Position numbers and translations under genes: made by a program | Part shown: one piece after another, positions 1 to 6,218 of the stretch | Layout: every line of letters starts with the position of its first letter | How positions within the stretch are numbered: the stretch's first letter is position 1 | Notes under the pieces: generated by a model | What the model was told of the DNA's origin: nothing | What the model saw: the letters and a program-made list of their open reading frames with translations, nothing else | The model's database searches: none | Assembly (NCBI GenBank): GCA_964454175.1 | Contig: CAYVSA010000044.1 | Coordinates: forward strand, 1 to 17,728 | Direction: 5' to 3' | From: an uncultured Pseudomonadota bacterium | GTDB taxonomy: Bacteria; BMS3Abin14 | Length of the DNA stretch: 17,728 nt

Positions 1-27
1 ATACTATACCCCCCTATGGCATGTCAA
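1..27 (-). promoter_or_regulatory. sigma70-type promoter firing leftwards out of the window (partial)
   Basis: The minus strand reads TTGACA (27-22) then TGCCATAGGGGGGTATAGTAT to the window edge. The -35 is perfect; the -10 probably straddles the edge. Confidence 0.5.
6..22. promoter_or_regulatory. CsoR/RcnR-family-like operator (ATAC-CCCCCTATG-GCAT)
   Basis: The sequence is ATAC-N9-GCAT with a C6 tract. Characterised CsoR operators are ATAC-N9-GTAT pseudo-palindromes with G/C tracts; this has one mismatch in the right half-site. It sits just downstream of a minus-strand TTGACA. Confidence 0.6.
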
Positions 28-35
28 CCAACTGC

Positions 36-64
36 TTGCTTTTGTAGGTTTTTACTGCTACAGT
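36..64 (+). promoter_or_regulatory. sigma70-type promoter with extended -10 for the 126-305 miniprotein
   Basis: TTGCTT (36-41), a 17-bp spacer, then TACAGT (59-64) preceded by TG at 56-57 (TGnTACAGT). Confidence 0.5.
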
Positions 65-125
65 TGATTCGTAAATAGTTATATTGGTGCATTGCTGGAG
101 GGATCTTTTCTGAAGGAGGCATCTC

Positions 126-305
126 ATGGAAAAAAGAGAAGAAAAGAGCTTATTCAAAAAGATCGGCAGAAACATAAGAAAAACTCTCGATGATCTTAAA
201 GAGGATTCCGTCGGTCATAACCCGACAAAACCTGTCGACTGCTGCAACCCTGATCTGCCCCCTAAAAAGACCGATGACTCGATTGGAAAGAGCAGCAGCC
301 GCTAA
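126..305 (+). CDS. 59-aa DCCNP-motif miniprotein A (putative metal-binding)
   Basis: Not in the ORF track. AAGGAGG precedes the ATG at 126. Manual translation gives MEKREEKSLFKKIGRNIRKTLDDLKEDSVGHNPTKPVDCCNPDLPPKKTDDSIGKSSSR, with TAA at 303-305. It has 20/59 gapless identity to the 5723-5902 product. Confidence 0.85.
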   Translation: MEKREEKSLFKKIGRNIRKTLDDLKEDSVGHNPTKPVDCCNPDLPPKKTDDSIGKSSSR

Positions 306-342
306 CAGATCTAACTGGCAGCCAACCGTCTTGTGTGAGTGT

Positions 343-1158
343 TTATACCGAGTTGGCACCGACCTGCAGACCGTCAAAGCCCTGTGAAGTGCTTCTCCTG
401 GAAAGGATAGCCCAGGCAGCGACCGATAGAGGTACGACAACCAGACTGATCACCTGGCTAGTTGAAAGTGTAACGCCTGAAATTGCAAGAAATCCCCTGG
501 GATCTCCCCTTAAGAACTCCATTGCGAACCTCAGTATTCCGTAGAGAATTCCGTAAGAAGCTATCACCTGACCCTCGAAACGCGACACCTTGCGAATGCG
601 TATCAGAACCACAGCCAGCGCCATGAGCGACAATGATGAGTAGATCTGAACGGGGTGTACAGGAGTTCCGAGAACACCCTGGGCCAGAGACCTGGGGTCG
701 GTGAAAACGACCGCCCATGGCAGGTCCGTGGGCTTGCCGTAGCAGGACCCCGCGAAAAAACAGCCTATTCTTCCTATACCGTGTCCCAGTGCCACTGCTG
801 GAGCAACAGTGTCGGCGGACTTTAAAAGGTCCATTTTCAGGATCCTGGCTGCAACGATAAAGGCAACTGCACCGCCAATTAGTCCCCCGTAGAATACCAG
901 GCCACCTCTCCATATCATGGGGATCTCAAGGGGGTGGTTTGCAAAATACTTGAGGTTAACCAGCACGAAAAGAGACCTTGCGCCGATGATCACACCCACT
1001 AGCGTCAGAACGGCGAGATCGGAAAAAGCGCCCGGGTTCCCGCCGCCTCTCTTGTTAAGATACTCGGCGAAGACAACAGCTGCGATAATACCAAGGGCGA
1101 AAAATACTCCGTAGGTGTGAATGGTCAGAGGCCCAATATTAAAAAGTTCAGGATACAA
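343..1158 (-). CDS. lgt: prolipoprotein diacylglyceryl transferase family protein (variant signature)
   Basis: Multi-TM protein with motifs IHTYG, IWRGGLVFYGG, GRIGCFFAGSCYG, HPVQIY and RFAMEFLRGD. TTG start with a GGAGGAG SD. Confidence 0.9.
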   Translation of the reverse strand: MYPELFNIGPLTIHTYGVFFALGIIAAVVFAEYLNKRGGGNPGAFSDLAVLTLVGVIIGARSLFVLVNLKYFANHPLEIPMIWRGGLVFYGGLIGGAVAFIVAARILKMDLLKSADTVAPAVALGHGIGRIGCFFAGSCYGKPTDLPWAVVFTDPRSLAQGVLGTPVHPVQIYSSLSLMALAVVLIRIRKVSRFEGQVIASYGILYGILRFAMEFLRGDPRGFLAISGVTLSTSQVISLVVVPLSVAAWAILSRRSTSQGFDGLQVGANSV

Positions 1159-1175
1159 TGCTTCTCCTCCCTGTG

Positions 1176-1778
1176 TTAGAGGGTTTCTCCGCTGGCCCTT
1201 ATCTCATCGATCTGCTGATTCGCAGCCTTCCTGAGAGAATCATCTGGATTGGACGAGAGGATCTTGCGGAAATGCTCAAGGGCCGTTTTGTTATCACCCT
1301 TGTTGAACCGGTAAATGTGCCCCAGGAAGTAGTGAGCCTTTAGCTCTTCGGGTCTCAGTCTCAGCACATCCCTGAACCTGGCCATGGAATCGTCAGCCCT
1401 GTTAACCTTGAGATACAGCATGGCAAGGTCAGTCTGAACATGGATGCTGTCAGGGTCAACTTTTAGCGCAGTCTCGAAGATCTTGATCGCCTTTTGGGGC
1501 TGGTTCCCATCATAGTAGATATCACCAAGCTTGATCATGGCATCCATATTTTTCGGATTTTCCTCTATCTGCCTTTTCAGGTCAGCTTCCTGATATGAAG
1601 GGGAATTCCCCATGGGCCCTGCTGGTGTATTGCTGCCTGCCTGCCCGGCCACTACCGGATTGCGGGACGCCTTCAAATGTTTGATACCATTTCCTATGGC
1701 CATCAACGATACAAGGACAAGTATGAGCCAGAAGAAGGAAACAACCACAAATTCCTTCCTGCTTCTAATCGCTTCCAT
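1176..1778 (-). CDS. membrane-anchored TPR protein, CcmI/CycH/NrfG TPR-domain-like
   Basis: N-terminal TM followed by TPR-like helices (AMIKLGDIYY, AIKIFETALKVDP, AHYFLGHIY). Start reassigned to ATG 1778 (GAGGAG SD, 14-bp overlap with the upstream gene). ccm context. Confidence 0.75.
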   Translation of the reverse strand: MEAIRSRKEFVVVSFFWLILVLVSLMAIGNGIKHLKASRNPVVAGQAGSNTPAGPMGNSPSYQEADLKRQIEENPKNMDAMIKLGDIYYDGNQPQKAIKIFETALKVDPDSIHVQTDLAMLYLKVNRADDSMARFRDVLRLRPEELKAHYFLGHIYRFNKGDNKTALEHFRKILSSNPDDSLRKAANQQIDEIRASGETL

Positions 1779-2157
1779 CTTCTGTCTCCTCTTCATCGAC
1801 CTGAGCAGCCTCGTGCGGCAGATCTCCCCGGGCATTGGTCCTGATCTCATCATCTTCATGATAACCGTTTTCATCTTCGGTCTTGAGGAATTCGATATCA
1901 TCCATAATGCCGGCAACTTTCGCCCTGTAATGATCCCTGAGATCTTCGAAGTCCGGCTTGTTGATCTTCATGGAGGCAAACTCAAAATCGATATCCTTTA
2001 GAGCTTTAAGGTAGAGCTTCTTTTCCGCTTCCAACTCGATAATTTCCTCATCCAGTTCAGATTCCTCGTGTGCCCAAACCATCCTGTCGTGGACAAGGGG
2101 CTCAAGAGTGTAGAGCAGGGCCGCCAGGCCCACGATCACAAAGGCAAACACCATCAT
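1765..2157 (-). CDS. CcmI N-terminal-like protein (TM, helical segment, acidic tail)
   Basis: TM followed by LEAEKKLYLKALKDIDFEFASMKINKPDFEDLRDHY, which resembles the helical segment of CcmI N-domains. It lies between ccmH and the TPR gene. SD GAGGAGG. Confidence 0.6.
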   Translation of the reverse strand: MMVFAFVIVGLAALLYTLEPLVHDRMVWAHEESELDEEIIELEAEKKLYLKALKDIDFEFASMKINKPDFEDLRDHYRAKVAGIMDDIEFLKTEDENGYHEDDEIRTNARGDLPHEAAQVDEEETEDGSD

Positions 2158-2159
2158 GA

Positions 2160-2642
2160 TTATCCCTCCTCGATACTTTCAAGTTCATGGTCGATCCTGC
2201 TCTGCATCTCATCGCTTAACAGGTCGTTAGGATAGCCGTCTTCGCCATCCTCATCCTCATCGCCGTGATCAGGAAGTACCCACTTGCGAACGAGAACCAC
2301 CGCAATTCCCACACCGAAGAGCAAACCTACCCACGGGGCGGTGTAGGCGATTATGTTGAAACCCTTTTTAAGGGGAGCAGCCAGGATAGTCTCTCCATAC
2401 TTGGTGAGGTGCCACTGTACTATCTGCTCCTTGCTCTGGCCGTCATCGATCATCCCGCTGATAACCGCTCTCATCTCGTCAGAAGTTCCGCAGGAACAGG
2501 TATTCAGCACCATGGTGCACCCACAGGTACACATCAGTTCGGCCTCGACTTCGGTGGAGGTGAGGCTGTAACCAGTCACCGGCATTGAGAAAACGGCGAG
2601 GATGATAAGGACAGACACAGCTTTTATTTTAGGCGCCCTCAT
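2160..2642 (-). CDS. ccmH: cytochrome c biogenesis protein CcmH/NrfF family (5-Cys variant)
   Basis: Signal peptide, LMCTCGCTMVLNTCSC, MRAVISGMIDDGQSKEQIVQWHLTKYGETILAAP, C-terminal TM (YTAPW) and an acidic tail. Directly downstream of ccmF. Confidence 0.85.
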   Translation of the reverse strand: MRAPKIKAVSVLIILAVFSMPVTGYSLTSTEVEAELMCTCGCTMVLNTCSCGTSDEMRAVISGMIDDGQSKEQIVQWHLTKYGETILAAPLKKGFNIIAYTAPWVGLLFGVGIAVVLVRKWVLPDHGDEDEDGEDGYPNDLLSDEMQSRIDHELESIEEG

Positions 2643-4593
2643 AATGGACCTCTCTTTTCTGCCTTCTGGGGATTATTGCCAGAATACCGCCCAGGACCAT
2701 CACGATACTGCCGATCCAGACCCACACCTGCAAAGGATTAACGGCGGCTTTGAGGGTGATGTCGCGGCCCTCCCCGATAGCAGGCATGGTAATGTAAAGG
2801 TCCTCAACCAGAGTTGAGCGCAGGCTCACCTCCGTGGTTGGCTTGTCGGCCTTCGAATAGAACCTTTTTTCGGGGCTGATTGTTCCCAGGGACTGCCCGC
2901 CCTTGAATACAGCGAGGGTGGCGGTGAGTACATCTCTGTTGTAAAGCTTGTACCTTTTCAGGTCGTCGTACCTGAGCGTATAGGCACCGACTTTCAGTGT
3001 CTGCCCCGTGTTGAGAGTAGCCTGGGTCTCCTTCTTGTAGGCACTTGATCCGGTGATGCCTATTACCATTATCACGACACCCAGGTGGGCGATGAAGCCG
3101 CCGTATCTTCGCCTCATTTTCCACAGAAGCGACGGGAAGGCCAGATACGAAGGCTCACCCGTCAGGCGGCTTCTGGCTCTTGTACCAGTCCAGAACTCCC
3201 TTGCTATGGTAACCATCACAAATATGGACAGGGTAAAGGCGGCAAGTGGATAGAGGCCCCTGATCCCCATTGTGAAAAGCAGGACGGCACCCGTGACTGT
3301 TGCGGCAAGGGGGACCATGAAGTTCTTCTTCAGGTTGTCAGCCGACGCTTTCCGCCATCCTATCAACGGACAGAGTCCCGTTATAAGGATGAGTATGAGA
3401 AACAGGGGCGTATTGACGCGGTTGAAAAAGGGCTGGCTCACCGTGATCTTGTTGCCGGTAAATACCTCCGATATAAGGGGAAAAAGGGTACCCAGCAGAG
3501 TTGAAAATGCGAGCGCAAGAAGTATGACGTTATTGAAGAGGAAAGTGCTCTCGCGGGAAAGGTACGATTCAAGAGAATGTTCCGTCCTCAGGTCCCAGTA
3601 GCTCTCGGCTATGAGATATATGCCCCCGAAAAATGCCGTGGCCATGAAAACCAGGAAGTAGCCGCCAAGGCCGGTAGCACCAAAGTCGTGTACCGACTGC
3701 AGGACCCCGCTTCGCACAAGATAGGTCCCGAAAATTGAGAGCACGAAGGTCAATAGAATAAGCCACATGTTCCAGACCTTCATTATGTTTCTTCTCTCCT
3801 GGATGATGGAAGTGTGGATAAAGGCAGTGGCTACGAGCCAGGGTATGAAGGATGCGTTCTCCACCGGATCCCAGGCCCAGTATCCGCCCCAGCCCAATTC
3901 AACGTAGGCCCACTGTCCCCCCAGGATTATTCCGATACTCAAAAACACCCAGGAAAGCACATTCCAGGTTCTGGTCTTCCTCAGCCACGACTCATCCAGT
4001 TCACCCGCTACCAGTGCAGCTATCGCGTAGGCAAAGGGCACCGAGAACCCTACATAGCCCAAAAAGAGTGTGGGTGGGTGGAAGATCATTCCCGGGTTCT
4101 GAAGCATGGGATTGAGCCCCTGACCGTCCTTGGGGATATAGGGCAGGAGTTCAAAGGGATTCGTAACCGTCACCAGGAGAAACAAAAAGAAGCTCTGAAT
4201 GCCTGCCAGGACAAGGTAAATATACGGTGTCGCTCTCCTGTCCATATCATCCCTGGTGTTGTGAACAACCGCGCTTGTGATAAGGCTCAGGACCAGCGCC
4301 CAGAATAGAAGAGAGCCCTTCTGGCCAGCCCAGAAGGCTGTGAGCCTGTAGAAGATCGGCAGCGCACGGTCGGAATAGGAGGCGACATATTCAACCTGAA
4401 AGTTATTGGAACCGAACAGCAGGACCAGAGCAGTGGAAGCCATCACGGTAAAGAGGGTGACGTTGTGCAGCGATCTCCTGCTGACCAGGAACCACCTTGT
4501 GTCGTTTTTCATTATGCCTGTCAGTATCATGGCAATAGAGCCAAGAGTGAACAGGAATGCGAGCAGCTGTGACAGGGAGCCGAACTGAGGCAT
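2629..4593 (-). CDS. ccmF: cytochrome c heme lyase CcmF/NrfE family
   Basis: WWD motif WGGYWAWDPVENAS, plus WAGQKGSLLFW, GLNPMLQNPGMIFHPP, conserved His in AFIHTS and SVHDF, and C-terminal EDLY...NPLQVWVWIG. Confidence 0.97.
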   Translation of the reverse strand: MPQFGSLSQLLAFLFTLGSIAMILTGIMKNDTRWFLVSRRSLHNVTLFTVMASTALVLLFGSNNFQVEYVASYSDRALPIFYRLTAFWAGQKGSLLFWALVLSLITSAVVHNTRDDMDRRATPYIYLVLAGIQSFFLFLLVTVTNPFELLPYIPKDGQGLNPMLQNPGMIFHPPTLFLGYVGFSVPFAYAIAALVAGELDESWLRKTRTWNVLSWVFLSIGIILGGQWAYVELGWGGYWAWDPVENASFIPWLVATAFIHTSIIQERRNIMKVWNMWLILLTFVLSIFGTYLVRSGVLQSVHDFGATGLGGYFLVFMATAFFGGIYLIAESYWDLRTEHSLESYLSRESTFLFNNVILLALAFSTLLGTLFPLISEVFTGNKITVSQPFFNRVNTPLFLILILITGLCPLIGWRKASADNLKKNFMVPLAATVTGAVLLFTMGIRGLYPLAAFTLSIFVMVTIAREFWTGTRARSRLTGEPSYLAFPSLLWKMRRRYGGFIAHLGVVIMVIGITGSSAYKKETQATLNTGQTLKVGAYTLRYDDLKRYKLYNRDVLTATLAVFKGGQSLGTISPEKRFYSKADKPTTEVSLRSTLVEDLYITMPAIGEGRDITLKAAVNPLQVWVWIGSIVMVLGGILAIIPRRQKREVHYEGA

Positions 4594-4603
4594 AAATTAT
4601 CTC

Positions 4604-5014
4604 CTATTCAGGTGTCCCCTCCTCCACGTACTTGGAGGGGCATTTAGCTAGCAGCACTGAAGCGTTGAACAGGTTTTCTTCCCTGTCGTAAGCGCCTTCG
4701 AGTATGACTTCCACATCTTCCTTGAATGCGTCGGGCATTACTCCATTGTATGCCGCGTTAATGATCTTTCCAGTGTCTTCACTGTCCCTGACAGCAAAGG
4801 TGAGGAGGAGATCTTTCTGGTTGAAGTTGATCGTTCCATCAACTACTTCACCGCTGATCCTGACGGACCTGTTCCCCGAGCCAGCTTTTCCTGCGAGGAC
4901 CTCACTGACAGTCCAGTAGTAAACACCGCTCGTTGAAAGACCCGAAATTACAAGGTAGCTGACAACCAGAACAACTACGGTGACAGCAGCAACGGACCTC
5001 CAGTTCTTCTTCAT
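4604..5014 (-). CDS. ccmE: heme chaperone CcmE, Cys-type (CxxxY)
   Basis: N-terminal anchor, VYYWTVSE, VRISGEV, YNGVMPDAFKE and VLLAKCPSKY. Immediately upstream of ccmF. Confidence 0.93.
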   Translation of the reverse strand: MKKNWRSVAAVTVVVLVVSYLVISGLSTSGVYYWTVSEVLAGKAGSGNRSVRISGEVVDGTINFNQKDLLLTFAVRDSEDTGKIINAAYNGVMPDAFKEDVEVILEGAYDREENLFNASVLLAKCPSKYVEEGTPE

Positions 5015-5047
5015 CCACCAGCTCCGTTTCTGGAATCTGGATCGGCG

Positions 5048-5605
5048 CTATTCGTAGTCGTCATCATCGAGAATGACCCTGTCTTTTTCCCTGCGCCTCG
5101 AGCCCTGCCTTGAACGCTTGCGGTTCCTGGCAGAACTGCGCCTGTTGTTTTTCGAAGAACGGGAATTGCTTCGGCCTCTTTCACGGGAATTCTGCATCAG
5201 CCTGAATCCGGCAAAGAGAAACGCAGCCATCCCGAAGCCGATCAGGAAAATAGCCACAGAATTGGATTTCGAACCGTAGGTCTTGGCAACAGCCCCGGAC
5301 CCGCCTCCGTAGCTCTTTGGTGCTGCGCCAGCATTGACTACCAGCACCGACTCTCCAAAGCGATTCACGAAATCCTCTATGATCTGGTTCTCGGACCAGC
5401 CCTGGGCAACCATTTTTGTGATCTGGGCCCTGTATTCGTCCGACTGGGGGCACTCACAAGCTGTGAGCGTCTCGGTACAAGTACCGCAGCCGCACATAAA
5501 ATTGAGAGTCACACCTGACGCGGTTATGGCAAGGGCCGACACGGGAACCACAAGCATCGACATGACCATAATGAGAATTACAGGTAGATAAGCTCTTTTC
5601 TGCAT
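5048..5605 (-). CDS. second CcmH-like protein (5-Cys) with Arg/Ser-rich C-terminal tail
   Basis: Signal peptide, FMCGCGTCTETLTACECPQS, YRAQITKMVAQGWSENQIIEDFVNRFGESVL, a TM, then a basic tail. Start taken at ATG 5605 (GAGGGT SD); ATG 5644 is an alternative. Confidence 0.75.
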   Translation of the reverse strand: MQKRAYLPVILIMVMSMLVVPVSALAITASGVTLNFMCGCGTCTETLTACECPQSDEYRAQITKMVAQGWSENQIIEDFVNRFGESVLVVNAGAAPKSYGGGSGAVAKTYGSKSNSVAIFLIGFGMAAFLFAGFRLMQNSRERGRSNSRSSKNNRRSSARNRKRSRQGSRRREKDRVILDDDDYE

Positions 5606-5722
5606 TTTGATACCCTCGTTCAGTAGATTTTCTTTAGACATCATCCCGCCATCCTTCGAACCTTCAACCACAACGGACGCGGTGATCATCCATATCATGG
5701 CTGATCAGGTTCGCGGGCCAGC

Positions 5723-5902
5723 TCAGCCGGACTTTAATTTGAGACCGGAAGGCTGTTTCGATTTGGGTGGTACGGGCGGATTGCAGCAGTCAATGGGCCT
5801 GGGCTTGACGGTACTTACAGACTCGTTCTCCAGGTCCTTGAGGAACTTTTTGACTTTTATGCTGACTTCGTCCCAGTAACTGGTTCTGGTTTCAGGATCC
5901 AT
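5723..5902 (-). CDS. 59-aa DCCNP-motif miniprotein B (putative metal-binding)
   Basis: GGGAGGT SD (5913-5907) precedes ATG 5902. Sequence MDPETRTSYWDEVSIKVKKFLKDLENESVSTVKPRPIDCCNPPVPPKSKQPSGLKLKSG; paralogue of 126-305. Confidence 0.85.
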   Translation of the reverse strand: MDPETRTSYWDEVSIKVKKFLKDLENESVSTVKPRPIDCCNPPVPPKSKQPSGLKLKSG

Positions 5903-5906
5903 CCTT

Positions 5907-5988
5907 ACCTCCCGGGACCACACGCGGCCCCCAAAAAATTACGCAGCTGTTACGCCAAACAGATTCTGGAGTTCAGCTGCGGGGAGGT
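5907..5988 (-). promoter_or_regulatory. predicted attenuator RNA structure (anti-SD/SD helix plus two internal hairpins)
   Basis: In the mRNA, ACCUCCC (5988-5982) is complementary to the SD GGGAGGU (5913-5907). CGCAGCUG (5981-5974) is complementary to CAGCUGCG (5949-5942), which is followed by UAAUUUUUU. A GGGGCCG/UGGUCCC hairpin spans 5931-5914. Confidence 0.6.
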
Positions 5989-6218
5989 TTGAAGAAGGTG
6001 TCGGTGTGTTCCCTTTGCACAGCTGCCAGCTCTACCGTGGGAAGAGCCTGGAACTGCATCGGAATGATGAAGAGTGTTATCGTGACAATAAAGGCACAAA
6101 ATGAAAGCAGGCAAGTGGCGCCTGCATCGTGGTTTATAAGCAGATGATGGCCCAAAATGGCCATGACGGAAATTACCATCAGCAGCGTGACAAGCCTGAT
6201 GTGCCTCTTATGCATCAT
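5973..6218 (-). CDS. putative metal-sensing leader/arrest peptide (signal/TM, His, CxxxxC, C-terminal KPPR)
   Basis: 81 aa: basic N-terminus, hydrophobic segment, HH..H, C36-x4-C41, a second hydrophobic segment, ending FFKPPRS. First ORF of the operon; no clear SD. Confidence 0.65.
   Translation of the reverse strand: MMHKRHIRLVTLLMVISVMAILGHHLLINHDAGATCLLSFCAFIVTITLFIIPMQFQALPTVELAAVQREHTDTFFKPPRS

Noticed and set aside
150-544. Track ORFs 150..440(-), 190..387(+) and 335..544(+)
   Set aside because: They are alternative frames over the better-supported 126-305 miniprotein and lgt, with no recognisable motifs.
1779-1916. N-terminal extension of the TPR ORF to 1916
   Set aside because: It overlaps the upstream gene extensively, while ATG 1778 has a good SD and directly precedes the TM.
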